Shown here piece after piece: positions 13,201 through 26,829 of a stretch of DNA of 64,000 nt. The position numbers and the translations under genes were made by a program. The notes beneath the pieces were generated by a model that was not told where the DNA came from, made no database searches, and worked only from the letters and a program-made list of their open reading frames with translations. Each line of letters begins with the position of its first letter. The first letter of the stretch is position 1. Source of the DNA: Phoronis australis (Eukaryota; Animalia; Phoronida); assembly GCA_002633005.1 (NCBI GenBank), contig NMRA01000019.1, positions 1,197,052 through 1,261,051 of the forward strand, read 5' to 3'.

Positions 13201-15904
13201 GTTTGCCGGTCCAGTACTTAGGGGACTGTAGCTGAAATTAAGTGGGTCAGTCATAGAATCATTTCCGCCCCCTGTTACACATATATTTGATATTACAGAT
13301 TGCTTTGAGAAAGTGTGCGAATACAGTGATGTCTTCAACGGATCTACAAACTGCAGCATGGCTAACCACACATTAGTCTTCATGGAGTACAATGCAGAGA
13401 CGATGAAGTGCCTTCAGAACTACACTGATCTGAGTGTTCCTATGGTATAACTTTATGCTGATTTGAAACTTTGCTGTTCAAACCATTCTCTTGTTTAAGA
13501 TTACTCTGGTTCTATTTTCATATGTATCGCAAAACAAATGCAGTTTTTCAGTGGTGAAAATACTAGCATGTTAGCCAAACGTGTGCGCTGGATTTAAGCA
13601 GGTCATATATGCCAACAGTTAATTTGTTTTCTCGCTGCCTGTACTGCTTTTAAAGCAAGGATTGGTAATAAGGTTATATAGTACCATAATAAACATCCTC
13701 AACTGTAAGTCAAATGTCCTAAACATTATGCTTTGTCAACCATTAACAGTACATATTTTCTGAATGTGAGAAAGATGGAGGTTTCTAAAAATATGCTTCT
13801 TACTACTGTGTCTTTATTATTGTCACATGATCACGTTTTTTAATTTAAATTTTTATGTGCAAGAAAGGTACTTTCATAGCAAAATAACCCCCCCAGATGA
13901 TTTTACTAAAACTTTTTTAAAGTGCTTGATTTTCATGCAGAGGATTGAAAAATACCTGTCTGCAGAAATGTGTCAAGTTGAAAGATTGAGAGGAGCGCCC
14001 CCATTTGGCCGACTTGGACAACCTTGAACTTGGGGCCTACTAGTGGGGAATTAAGTGAACTGAATCTTAGGAGTGATTGGTAATCACAATAGATGTTATA
14101 AGAAAGAACTAATTTATGCCTTGTGGACATTAATTATTGTTGGTGTGTGTCAATCATTTGCCATTTTGCTCACTCTTCTTTTGATATTATGGATTTTTTT
14201 ACATTGTTTTTATTTCTGTGAGTTGTTGCATGTTTTTCAATGATTAAACTAATGCGGATTTTTCTCTTACATCCTGCCTTAGTTCGATTGTTCATTTGTT
14301 TTATTACAGGCCCCCACTGAGGAGAGTGCTGGGAACAGGAGTGTAGCCTGTGATGTGTGTAAAGAGATGTACACTCAACTGAATGATTATTATATAACCA
14401 GGGACACCTTCTATCATGGAGGCCTGTGTATGGACATTGTAGACGCAGTAAGTTGTGTGTTCCATAATAAAATGAGCTATTGCAATGGTTTGGGTGAGGC
14501 AACAAAAGTCTCGTGATAACAGATCCACTGTTGATTTCGGGTATGCGACTGTGTGCTGTTGAAATGAAAAGGATGATCAGATGTGTCTTTATGAACATAG
14601 TCAACCTTTTTTAAATAATCTTTGTACAATGTAGTTTTTTATGGTGATGCTTATTGATTTTGTGTTCAGCTAGGGGGAGCTCTGTGCTGTAGTTAGAACT
14701 ATTGCAGTAAAAATTGTGTAATTTGGGACAGTGATGCACAGAGTCGGAGTTTGTCCCAAATTCTAGAAATGAGCAATACTGACTGCCACAAATCCATGAA
14801 TCACCAGAAAGACGGCTAATTTACCCACTCTGTTGATTGAAAACATGTTTGTCCTGAATTTGATAAATATAGCCCTTGTCCCAAATTCCAGAATTGAGAA
14901 AATTCAATTGTTTCAGTGAGTTTCCATGTTCCAAATTCTAGAGACTGTCCCAAATTGGAGAATCTTTACCGTACTGTTTTGCCCATGCAAAACTTGACCA
15001 GACGAATGTTGACAAAATTTGTGAACTACTGCAGCAACTGAAATTCTAAATTATCTTAGATACAATTACAAAAAATATAAATTTCATGCTTGGGAACAAG
15101 TACAATAAAGTGACCTCTCAAATTTTGGCTATCTGTGCCTGCTGAAGTTTATCCAGCAATCACAAGTAGTTTATAAATAAAACTGCGCAAAAGAAATGTT
15201 TCTGTGCTTGTGTTCATGGCATTGACCATCCTTGACTTTTCCCTCCTGTAGATGAACACTACCAGACAAATATGGAGCAAGAGACTGCACTGTACCCACA
15301 AAAAAGGTGACGTGGCGGCCATTATCAGTCTGACGGGATTCTTCTGCCTCCTGCCTATTGTCTTCTACGTTTCCAGTAAACTGCACGGGGAGCGCGAGGA
15401 GAAGAAACTTCTCAAACGTATGTCACGTGTGCAATGAAACGTCGGCCATTTTACTTTTCTTTAAGCATAAATTATTTGGCGCTACCTATCTTTTATCAAA
15501 AAGATAAGAAAAACAAAATTTCACTCTTCTATCATATTGTGTCATAAATTCGTGATATTTTCAGAATTCTGTTATTTAAGGGCTCTCATCCTTGATAACG
15601 GAGTAATTCTGTTTATTTGTTAAAAGACGGCCAAGTTGCTTACACAATAGCAATGCAAGGTTTGACTAACATAAATTGGCTTAAAGATGGTAGACATTTT
15701 CTTTCAATAAATTGTACTTTGAAATTTTTCTGTTTTGTAAAGCTGGTTGAAGTTTCTGCGAATGGGATTGCATGTCACGTTACTACAATGCTGGTCTGAT
15801 GAGTACCGTATATGATCGCTTTTGTTACAGAAAAGAGGATGAAGAACGTCATATCCACCTCGACATCAGAAGATGGACCTCATTGCTCAAGTATTTCTTC
15901 TTAA
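10298..15904 (+). CDS. OSTM1: Osteopetrosis-associated transmembrane protein 1 (ClC-7 beta subunit), complete, 309 aa
   Basis: Coding exons 10298-10576, 11051-11177, 13299-13444, 14310-14447, 15252-15417 and 15831-15904 (930 nt, phases consistent, ends TAA). The protein has a signal peptide, the Cys pattern C..F...ASSYMECAILHSRPFQFCSKC, WENAHCANC, CDVCKEMYTQLNDYY, the signature LCMDIVDAMNTTRQIWSKRLHC, one TM segment (IISLTGFFCLLPIVFYV) and a basic tail (EKKLLKQKRMK). Confidence 0.93.
11340..11588. mobile_element. MITE with imperfect terminal inverted repeats (PIF/Harbinger-like ends)
   Basis: Left end GAGCCCTTTCCAAGAAACTGACTTGAG versus reverse complement of the right end GGGCTTATTACAAGAAAACTGACTTAG. 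Similar ends (..TTTT(A/G)TGAAAC(G/A)GA(C/T)CCC) occur at about 6205-6343 and 54750-55025. Confidence 0.5.
14703..14973. mobile_element. MITE with about 30-bp TIRs (Tc1/mariner-like ends)
   Basis: Left TGCAGTAAAAATTGTGTAATTTGGGACAGT versus right reverse complement TACGGTAAAGATTCTCCAATTTGGGACAGT; internal repeats of TGTCCCAAATTC. Confidence 0.6.
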
Positions 15905-17367
15905 AGAGGCACTATACTAATATTCGAATAACTGCCTTGAAAGCTCGCGAATTTTGGACAAAAATTTCCTCTCTTTCATTTTTCAAAGACATCTAGCATT
16001 GTTGTCAATTTTTTAAAACATAGTTTGACTGTTGGTTTTGTTCATCATTTAAAAAAATAAAGCATTACTTTGGTAGAATATCGTTTAATGTAAAAATATG
16101 AAAATAAAATGTCGCTGCTATTTTGTGTCCTAAATTTGTGAGATTTTACTTTAACAGACTGAATTTTTAAAAGTACCAGTAATTATTAAATCTTAATTTG
16201 GTGCAGTTTTCTCATCGCTAGGGCCACATGACTGTCGTTTTTTAACTTAATTTGTATATTTTGTGATAAACTCATTAAAATCATCACCTATTAGTTTTCT
16301 GTATACGTTATACATGCTGATAAGGGTTACTGAAAGTGATCTGTGTCTCTTTAGATTGTATGATCATGAAACTCAATTTATTGGGTAATTATATATATAC
16401 CTGGTATATATTGAGTTCCGTTTATATTATCTGAAACATCCCATTTTATGCAATGGTGAGTGTCAAAGGAGTAATTCTTCGAAGATCACAAATATTGGAG
16501 TCGTGTCTTAAAGGAAAAGTTAACACTTGTTTACTGTGATTATGATGTTTCATTGGAGCTCATGGGGGTTAGATTTTTGGCTTAATAAACCTGCCCATTC
16601 TTATCTTACTTTGAATTTGTCAATTTTTGGCTCACGGATGTAGTGCTCATTATAACTTTAACAGTTCATGACTGAGGAATTGACATAATCTGATATAGTT
16701 TATTGATAATGTTTTAATGGCTTACTACAACACTGTGGTCTAGTTGAGATATGCAGCTCTACTGAAAGAATGGTTGTTAATGTATTGGGGCAGGTTTATG
16801 CTTCCAACAGAGTTCTTTATTGGTTCAAAATAACAGGACTTGACAATTTCTTTAATGGTAAACCTGTTTTGTGTATGGGGTTTTACCCTGAGCTTCAAAA
16901 TCAAAAGTGAATGGGCAAATTTGGTCACCCTGTAAAAACTTAATTCTTTCTAACTGTAGAGAAAATACAACCTAACTGGGTCATCCTATCTAAATGTAGG
17001 CAGATAAGCATAATTTTTAGTCAATTATATGTGGTTAGATTCCAAAGTTTTGTGTAAGGTGTGTGAGTTTTGCAGTTGTAAGTAACCATAACAGATAATA
17101 AATGTAGATCAAAAGGTTAGGTCTGATTTGTAGAGAAGACTAAGAAATATCTTCTGATACAGTTTGTAAGCAGGTCAATTTTTTGTGTAATTTATGAACG
17201 TTTGAAGATGTGTAAATAGTTGCTGTGTTTTTTGTTATTTATGAATGAACTGGTTGTAGATTGTTAAGAATCATGTTTTATACCTGCTATTAAACAATTG
17301 GAAGACCTCATAACTTTGTGTATGCCAAAGGGTTTTAAATGTATGGCAAGCCTTCCAACGATGAACA

Positions 17368-17645
17368 TTTTCCTACTTTTTGGAGCTAAGTATTCCTACT
17401 TTTCCTTTTTGAATGTAGTGTTGTGAAGCGTAACTTCCGGTTATCACGACAAGTACAATCAAATAAAGCCTCTCTATGCCGCTTGCCAAGTGGCAATTAC
17501 CTCTTGGCCGAATGATTTAGGTGCTTGACTGTCGCTCGTGCAACCCTCATCACTACAGTAGGTATTCTTACTTTTCCTACTTTTTTGGAGGTGTTCCTAC
17601 TGTTCCTACTTTTGGTCTCAATTTCCTACGCGTTCCTACTTTTCT
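17368..17645. repeat. Dispersed (TTCCTACTTTT)-motif cluster, probable transposon remnant
   Basis: At least six copies of TTCCTAC(T/G) in two clusters (about 17368-17405 and 17563-17645). Confidence 0.45.
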
Positions 17646-19159
17646 GTCTAGATTTGTCAATGAGTGAATTTCTTGATTCAAACAGAGAAACTTGTGAAAT
17701 GCAATGATCATGCTTACTACTCAAAGACATAATGATACTTGTGACGTAGATTACACGTAGTAGTAGTTCTAGTACTAGTAGCGCAAAGGTTATGGAGAAT
17801 GGAAGTGACGTCATGACAATTTTAATTGTCATGACGTCCACAACAAGTTAACCGATTTCAGAAGGAATCGAAAAGGTGCTGTTTTTAACTCTATATAATG
17901 AAAGTTTGGTGAAGATCAGTGATTATTCTTGTTATTCAGTGGAAACCTCTTTGTTTTTCGAAGAATTCAAGCATTTATTGATTGATCGGAAAATCACAGT
18001 GAATCTTTGTACGCATCGGAGCTGGCGCTGCCTTGAGATGATACCGTAATGGGCAATTTACTCTCCTGAGACGGCCTGAGGGAGCGACGGAGTATCGGGC
18101 GGAGTTGACTGTGCGTTTTTTAAGAACCAATTCTTGTGTTTGAGCGTTGTGGGGTTTCGAGTTATGTCAACGTGAAAGACTGTGACAAAAAATTTAGTTG
18201 AGAGAACCAGTTATGCGACAAACTGTGCGACCTTCACGCTAAGTATCTGCACGAACAGGAGTCGACATCAGGCGATACACGACTTCAGTGGCCGACGAAA
18301 CACGTGCCTGTATTGAACTTTTTGAAGCTTAAAGTACACAGATATAGGCCTACTCTTCAAAATTTATAAAATCTGCAAATGCTTCACTGAACTTTCATTC
18401 TTCTGGTGAGGGGACGCAACACAAAAGACGTCGCCACCAGGATGGTCTCTTCTCATCGTTCTTTCGTGATAGAGTCTTGTTCCATAAAACCTTACGACTG
18501 TTTTGTTTCAGAAGGCCATGATCATCATCAATACACTCTTCTCTCGCGTTAGCGCGATCACTGACAGAAGCCAAGTGCAATGGCCCACGCGGCCATCCCT
18601 GTCACCATGCAGTAAGATCAGCGACACGCCCCCCGCTTCCAAAAGAAACGTCGATAATGTCTCCGAGGATTCCATTAGTAAAGTCAGTTACTCAAAAAGT
18701 CCGCATTGTCGCCTGTGTCACGTGATCCTCGCTCTTTATTTGTAAAAGAGCTTTCAGCTTCGGTTTCAACATTTGCATTGTGCTCTGGAGACCATTTCCA
18801 TGGAGAATGAAAAACATGTATAGGATAGCAATTGCACGAGAATGGTTATCCTGCTCAGAATCGACATTTTCATACGGAGTATTATGCTCAGGATCTACGT
18901 CTTTATTCGTAATATCATGTCCGAGGTCACTGTTTCCATACTTTGCACCATACTCGAGATCATATGTTTCTTACAGAGCATAAATAGAGAGATCACCATT
19001 CTGATAATGAGTATCGATCGTGTTCAGTGTTTTCGTACGGAAAATCATGCTCAGGATCATCATTTTCTTGCGAAGCAACGTGCCTTGGTTTACCATTTCC
19101 ATAGTGTGTATTATGTATAGGATCGCCAGTTCCATACGGAGCATCATGTAATGGAGGGT

Positions 19160-19396
19160 CAGCCACACGCGCATGTACTGTCAGGACAGGCTCGCCCATA
19201 CGCACGTGTACTGTCAGGACAGGCTCAGNTCAGGACAGACTCAGCCATACGCACATGTACTGTCAGGATAGACTCAGCCATACGCACATGTACTGTCAGG
19301 ACAGGCTCGCCCATACGCACGTGTACTGTCAGGACAGGCTCAGCTATATTCACATGAATTATCATGACAGACTCATCCATACACACATGTACTATC
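19160..19396. repeat. 33-bp minisatellite (CATGTACTGTCAGGACAGGCTCGCCCATACGCA), about 7 copies
   Basis: Direct inspection; the single n at 19229 suggests a collapsed or joined array. Confidence 0.9.
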
Positions 19397-21535
19397 AGGG
19401 CCGTAGGAGGCGGGGGGCACACCCCCGCCCCGCCCCCCCCCCAGAAAAAATTGCAGGCGTCAGGGTTAAACCGTGGCAACCGACATAGGCGTGGGGCCGG
19501 GGACAATAGAAAAAGAAAGACTGCCAAATACGGATAAGAGAGAAAATTCTAAGAGAACATTTAACAACAGTGCATGGTTTACCTTTCGAGGACCCTGGCC
19601 AGGACATTGTTAGGGTCTCCGCTTTTGCAACACAGGTCGTTTAAACGCACTTGAAAATGTGACGTAATCATTCATACTCGTACACATATTTCAAAAAAAC
19701 GAGAAAATTTGTAAAGCGAAGCTTTTGCGGAGCGTACTAATTTATTGGATTTTTAAATTCAGTAAGTCAGAATCCAAAACTATATTTTTTCAGAGGCCGC
19801 TCTGGCAAGGGATAACGGAGACAAATTCGCTTTATTTTTTGTCGGAACTGTATATCACTTGAGAAAATTGATAAACCAGACAGAAAACATCAATTGCTGC
19901 GCATTTTCTGATTTTCGAAAAAGATATCGATAATTTCGTATTTAGGGGCTCCGCCCTTGAAGGAGGACACTGATGATATTCAAGTGGCAACCCTTTTTGT
20001 GTTTTTATTGACAAATTCTAAAGGGGCTGCACACGGAGAGAGGGTCTAATGTTTGAATCAATTACCTCCATTTTGCTGCTTTTTGTGAAATCGTGTAACC
20101 GGCGTTCATGCTGAAGGTCACTTCATGCATCGTTTTGTGACAACACGACGGTGGAATGAACTGTCGCACATTTTCCAAGCTTAATGATGTTTAGCCTTTC
20201 ATCTTAAGGTGTCCGATTTCAGACGGGACCCTCTCTCGGTGAAGCAGTTCAGGGGAAATGTCCCTTTGTCCCCCTATACCTGTAAATCTGACATTGCCAA
20301 GTATTCACGAGGGAATTTGAGACTCCAAATTCATCAACAAATACAAAATATTCGTCTCCTGCTCAACAGTATCAAGACATTCGACCCAAACAGCCAAAAG
20401 TGAGAACAAAATACAGTAGGATTGACCGCCGTCGAAAGGATGGCATTTTGAAAAACGGGAAGATCACTGTGAATTAACGAAAGGAATATTTCCGAGCCTC
20501 CCTGAGTGCGTGCATGCTCACTATGATTTGTAAGTAAGGAATTTCAACATGTGGAAAACACTGCTGTCTAAGCTGCTATTTCTGATGATCGCGTACATGT
20601 TAAAAGGAGGTACTCAAAGAACTCTCGCAATCACTAAACAATGATTTCAGCGTTTTTTTTCAAATTTACCTCGTGAACCGTTATAGGTAATTGTACCTCT
20701 GAAATGAGCAAAAATACACCTTACTGCGAATGCCTCATCTCCCATGTTCCCCCGGTTATCCGTCAAAAATTTGCGAGCATACCTGCGGAAATAACTTATA
20801 ACATTTCGTTTTGATAAACAAATTCGTTGGTTTCTATTTTACTTGTTTATGTATCTACGAAAATCGACAGATTCAAAGATGAGTTTTGACAATTAGAAGC
20901 TAATCTAAGACATGATGATATTTTAGAGAATTTAATTGCAGCTTGAAGTTGGAAAAACTCTGTAATCCGATCCCTAAATAGTAAAGTACACTTAGAAGAT
21001 TTTTGCTTATCTAAAGTAACTCTTAAAGACATCGATGAAATTCAGACTCACAAACCGTAGATCGAAAAAAGTTTTAAAAGTCCTTAAATAAATAAAAATT
21101 AAACTCATTGCTTGGAAAGGTTGTCTTTGTACTTCCTTGGTGTTTTTATTTTCTCATAGTATTGAGCAATGGATTTTTGTTCTTCAAAACTGAATTGTTT
21201 GCTTGCCTGATTTCCGTGCACGTCATGACTGAATCACAGCTGAGCTGACCAGCAACTAGCTTTAGTTCATCGGAAATTTCGTATTTTCACACTGTTAAAT
21301 CTCAGCTATAGCTACTTGAAGCAGCTCTTCGTTACCGGTCTGTGTCCATCCTTACTCTCCGTGTTGGTTCAGGGTTACTCAACTCTTGATGGCTGCATCC
21401 CCGGGATTGTCCCCTAGGGCGGACGTGGGAGTTTCGGTACAAGCGGCATTGGGGGCACGGGGGCGAGGGGTGGCGGAGTTGGTGGCGATGGGAGGGGGGT
21501 AGTTTGACGAAGTCGTTTTGCCCGCCCCCTCCCAT
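19396..21535. mobile_element. About 2.1-kb insertion splitting the 33-bp array; probable DNA-transposon derivative
   Basis: Begins CAGGGCCGTAGGAGGCGGGGGGGCA (GC-rich, hAT-like terminus) exactly where the array stops, has a GC-rich right end, and the array resumes after it. No clean matching right TIR or TSD found. Confidence 0.4.
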
Positions 21536-22883
21536 CCCATACACAGGACAGACCGGCTCACGTACCATCACGACATACTCAGCCAAACGCACATGTACGG
21601 TACTGTCAAAACAAATTGCGACTACATACATTACAGATATTGGAACCAACATTTTAAAATGACCATGAACCAGCTTTCCTTCCAAGAAGCGAGCTTTCGA
21701 TGTAGACCATCTGCCGCTATAAAATTGTTCTCTGCTTATTCCATGTTCAGATGGGAAGTGATTTCTGGGTTTGCAACAACTCACACGTGGTTATTCCTTG
21801 AAGCTCAAAATGTGAAATAATTGATAATCCACACATATATTTACTTGCTTTTTGATTTGTTCACGCTGGCGAACTATAACTTAGCAGTCATTAAAATATT
21901 TCTACGTTTCACGGGACGTTCGTTTTCTAGATTGAGTTCGAACACTCATGAGAAGTGGCGGAAAAAAAACGCGAACAAGGTAATTTTATTTTAGGATAAT
22001 CCCAATGGAGGGGCGTGAAAGTTCCCTGAATGTAAAAGATACAGTCTTTTATATTTTGAACGATCACAACTCGTCCTAAGTTCAAAAACCGTCAACTTTT
22101 CACTTTCGGTGAAGAAGTCTATTTCCTTGTTATGTTATTTTTTACTGGTTTGAAAATATCACTCCCCCTGAATTATGCAGATGGACCCTCAAGAAAGATT
22201 GTTGTAGGGGCTCAGTTAAGTAACCTTTGAAGATATTAAAAATTCGAATGGTCTGAGCCTTACTACATACTGAGCTATTGTTAATATAGTATTATTATTT
22301 TATAATTCGGTCCAACTTAATAAATTTATATTACGTGTACATCTTGAGGTAAACAAATATAATCACAATATACTTTTCTTAACAATGTTTGCACTTCAAA
22401 CAATTGTTTAGTAAAACGGAATTGAAAAAATAAATGGTTTCAGTCTTTGCAAAACGGGAACACGAGTGCGTTCAAACAATTTTCATTAAACGAAACGTAA
22501 TGAGCACCTTTCTGTCCATTACAGTAATACCTAAAAGTTCTTATATGAAGTTCAACAACAGTGTTATGTAAAGATCTCTACATTTTCCGCTTGGTTTGTG
22601 ATTCTACTAGGTTCTGTTTTACATCATTAACAGAAAAATAATTTAAGAACGCATTTACAGCTGTTGTGTACACCATTGCGTCGTTCGGAAACGCCGGGAC
22701 GAATATTGTATCGAATGAACGAGTAAAATATTGTCCCAAATTTCCCAAAGGAGAGGAGCTGCAAAGCCGTAATTTGATTCACAGCATGCGCGCACCCAGC
22801 CTTCAATATGGGGGGTTCGAATTCCTAACGTTGTGGACCTTTTGGTAACAAAATAGACGGCGGACTAAAAAACAGAAAAACAA

Positions 22884-23032
22884 ACGGGCGCGCACCACTC
22901 TCTGTGAATTGCGCGTTTCAGCTTGTTTAGTGGACTTTTGTCTCATATTCTCAGGCTTTTTGTTTCTCACAGGCGGACCCTTTTGCCCACTTCGCGAGCC
23001 CCCCCCCCCCTTCCCCCCTGGGTGCGCGCATG
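22884..23032. mobile_element. Short GC-ended MITE family, copy 1 (copy 2 at about 40420-40583; end fragment at about 51250-51279)
   Basis: Shared core TTTAGTGGACTTTTGTCTC...TTTTTGTTTC...AGGCGGACC(C/T)TTT..CCACTTCGC and right end GGGTGCGCGCATG, which is inverted to the left end ACGGGCGCGCACC. Confidence 0.6.
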
Positions 23033-24734
23033 CACAGGTCAGACTACCCCCTGTCTCGCAAACACTTGCACGGGGACGTGCAAAAGAGCAAGATCAAAAA
23101 CCTCACAAAGTCACACGAGTGAAAGGTGTTTCTCGAGTACGCCCGAAATAGGAGTTATTGGTCGATAATGACGTTATTTTGAATCATGGAAGAGAATTAT
23201 CTTTTTACGTTCTGTAGACGAAGATTTCTCAGCGTAAGTACCTCTCGAGTGCCTCGCGTTCATGGGACACGCTCCATGTGCCTACTGCCACAACCTGAAT
23301 GTTCAGATAAAATTATAGTGTTTGGGTCAGACCAAATGAACGGCAAAAAGAAAAAAATCAAGAAGTGCATGGAAGTCTGTTGTGACATTGGTAGCGACAG
23401 GAAAGGGGTGAAGTTAGAAGCGAACGGGCAAAGGGGGGGGGGCAAAAGTGATGTAAGAGGTGCATTGACATTTATTGTAGTCAGTACATATTGGTTTGCT
23501 CTACACGCGTGTTTACACAACGTCGACGGAAGAGAAACAGTATTTACTTCATTGCTCACTGACAATTTCGAGTTCAGCCTTTGAAAATCATAAAAAGTCT
23601 TCCCACTCTCTACCTTGATTGATTTGATTTCAGATTACTGTATTTATTGGTTTGAGATTTGATTAATTCCATAAATGACATCATTAATCTTTTTTTAATT
23701 GAAGAGAGTTCGAAATGAAAATGTAGCAGAAAATTAATCAAAATTTTGAGTACATCGTTATGCTGTTGAGCGACAAAGTGTGGATACGCGTTGTTATGAT
23801 GGGGATCTCAATCGATCGCACTATTCGCTCCACCGGACGATTTTCTTAACGCACGTTTTATCAAAGGAATTCGGACATTAATAAAGAGGACCCGATAACA
23901 ACATTAACAACTTATTCATAAAGACCGTTTAATTCAGTGACAAACAAACATCAATATCTCTTAATTAAGTACGTAATAATACATGACTGGCAGATACCAA
24001 GTTAATCAATGCACCGTGTACAAAAGGTTATGATAAGAAGTTAGATAAAATATCACATTTGCAGCGACTGTGTACAATTATTGTTTTCAATAAACAACAT
24101 TGGCTTCAGCGTTCTCATCTGAGCAACGGGTTTGTTTTTACCAATGTGTCACAGGCTGGTCACAGAATGTATAGCTTTCCTCGGGTCGGTATTGAAGGTA
24201 ATTATTGGGATGTCTGCCACGCTTTGTTATTATAATATCCTGAACTTTTAATAATTCAACATAAGTGTACTTCTGTGGCACGAAACTGATACTTATGAAA
24301 CAAGTGGAATAGTCTTGTCACGCTTACGATTTATCAATTCCACACCTTCAGGCACAAGTGTACAACGTCAAGGTTTTTTTCACGTTCATCTGGTGGTTGT
24401 GTTTTAGATTAGTGTCGATAGGCTGCCATTACAGCGTTGAACTCTACATTGCAGTTCCTGTATAGTTTACTATTTTCTTGAAACCGTTTGACGCACGATT
24501 TAAAAAAACAGACATTTTAACGTGGTTTCTGAAATGTCAGGTAACGCATTAATTTGTTTTATCCTTTGTGTTTTACCGATGTATCAAATTAAAACGCCAT
24601 GGGGGTAAAGTTATACGTACTTTCTTACTGCTCTGAAGTAAGAGAACGTTCTTAATATCGATCTTAAGTTAGTAAGTGGAGTTTCAGCCGTAATTACACT
24701 TCTACAAATCACCGTGGCTCATGTTCGCCTTTGT

Positions 24735-24968
24735 GTAGTAAGTATATTTTATGTCAGTTTTCTAAACGTTTACTGAGGGAAAGTTTTCACCTTTATTATT
24801 GCAGAATTTATTCCTGAATAAACAAAAATATTCGTGATTTCTATAATACCTTTCTGTCGTGAGTAAGTATATTTTATTTCAGTCTTCTAAATGTTTACTG
24901 AGGGATTTTTTTCAACCTTAGTATTTAAGAATATATTCCTGAATAAACAAAAACATCCGTGATATCTG
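24735..24968. repeat. Two-copy tandem duplication, period about 125 bp
   Basis: AGTAAGTATATTTTAT..TCAGT..TTCTAAA.GTTTACTGAGGGA...ATTCCTGAATAAACAAAAA at 24737 and 24862. Confidence 0.85.
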
Positions 24969-26577
24969 TATCATTCTGCTGATTAATGTTGACGATCCGT
25001 TTCTATCTTTTCTCCTTGACGATGTGATTCATATATCTAATCTAAACCAAAACTCGCATAATCAAGCTCAATGGCATATTCTTTAACTCACTTGCTCCTC
25101 TCAAAGTTTGTATAGCGTGTTGATTATTTTTGTTGCCCCACACCAAATCCAATAACCAAACTTTTTTCATCTACAGGTTAGGGCAAATGCGTATAGTTTC
25201 CATTCAGTCCAAGCTTGAAATACGTTTCATGACATCGCGAGGACCGTATAGTCGTGAACGTAGTTCAAGCCTGGCAGATATATGGCCTGACCACTTCATT
25301 GGATGAGTGAAAACTGAGTCATCATTTCTTACATTGACGCAAATATTAAATGATTTGGACAGATTATGGAGTAATATACTCATACTTCCGAATCAATAAT
25401 TCAAATTTCACAGCAACTTCATATCAAACAATAGGCAAACCCAAGAGTAGACATTAGCTGTAAATTAATTCAAACTGCAATTCTCATTAAAAACTTCTTG
25501 TCGCAGTGTTCACGTCAATATGAGTGTTTTCACTATAGCAGGGTAACCGTCATCTTGAAATTGGTGTGTTTTTGAGGTCAAATTGCGCTTTGTAATGTGT
25601 CGCTACAATTTGAGCTAAAATAAATGAAAAACGAAGACGATGGCCATTGTTTTTTCTTCTTTTATGGGTATTAAAATAAAACATAAAATAAAAAATAATG
25701 CATCTTTGTTGTGCAGAAGCAAAACGGTAAAATTTGAAGTACTCAAAAGTCCACAAAAACAAAACGTTCAGGCTACATGACGTAAGAAAACCAGTAAACC
25801 GGGAGATATAATTAAAGCTTTTTTAAAACATAAACGTGACATCGTACATCAAAATTAATTCGTTTTCAAAAGAATTTCAATCATCAATTTAACTAGAGGT
25901 GGCTTTTCAGTAACCCTTGCAAATTTACATTTTTGCCGGAGGTGACGAAAAATCTAATTCGGAGACCCCCGAATTTTTATAGACAAAAGTCACGGTAAAA
26001 ACATGAAAATTTGAAGATTCAATGATATCTTCAAGCCGTTAAACACTCTTATTGAGGTGATTCTTTTTGGTCGCGTCTTTTTGAATTTAGATCAATAGTA
26101 TTGTTACTGAGTTGTTGTGACTTGAGGTGTGAGACAACTTTTGATATACCTTGTGTTTGAAAATTTTGTTGTCTTACTAAGACGTTAGGTGATGACTTGA
26201 TTTGAGAAGAACTGACAGATCAATGCTGATTGACACCGAGCAAAGCAACTTGTCTTGTGCAGGCTGTATATTTTTTTTGACCCACGGCACGTTCACGAGC
26301 TATAACGAACTGTCAATCTTTCCCAAACCCAGAAACCGCATACAGTTGTTGTAAGAAGTACGTAGAGGCCAATTTTTGTTACGGAAAGTGGCCATGATCA
26401 AACATTAATGTTTTTGGAAGCTTTTAGTATTGTAGGTAATATAAGGTATACCGCCGTTTTTTGTTGATGATTTATTGAACTAAAGCTAAATTTTCAAGAA
26501 AAAATAACGATTGGTGCTCTACGCTTGTTTTTAAGCATCACTTGCGTTAAACGGGTGGCGCAGCGAAGGCCAAAAAA

Positions 26578-26829
26578 CATAGTAGTCCCTGGTCTCTACA
26601 ACAACACATTTTGAGATCGCCGCTCACCGACTAAAAAACGCCCCTCCCAAATCAATTTCAGCTTAGAGTGCTTTTTAAGAAGCTGCACAAAAGCTCATAA
26701 TCAAGGTTTGAAACGCATCATTTTTGTTTGTCTCTGGTGGATTTTCTTTTTTTGCAAAAGTGAGCAATTAAAAAATATTGCACCACCGACTCAATTTTTT
26801 CAAATAATTAGAGACCAGAACCATCTATG
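26578..26829. mobile_element. MITE with about 21-bp TIRs; inverted second copy at about 57421-57720
   Basis: Left CATAGTAGTCCCTGGTCTCTA versus right reverse complement CATAGATGGTTCTGGTCTCTA. Internal CGCTCACCGACTAAAAAACGCCC and GGTGGATTTTCTTTTT..AAAGTGAGCAATT match 57421-57720 in reverse. Confidence 0.7.

Larger units (their letters stand above)
18395..21790 (-). pseudogene. Disrupted gene for an 11-aa tandem-repeat protein with a C-terminal WWRRLLCC motif, interrupted by an insertion
   Basis: The minus-strand frames read GEPVLTVHVRM repeats grading into GDPIHNTHYGN/GKPRHVASQEN/DDPEHDFPYEN/../SDLGHDITNKD/VDPEHNTPYEN, with frameshifts and in-frame stops (about 18993, 18971, 18602), and end NDEKRPSWWRRLLCCVPSPEE*. 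A minus-strand AATAAA lies at 17979-17974, and repeat units resume at about 21536-21610. Confidence 0.45.

Noticed and set aside
23186-23584. 132-aa plus-strand ORF
   Set aside because: No recognisable motif, contains homopolymer runs, and does not join any exon chain.
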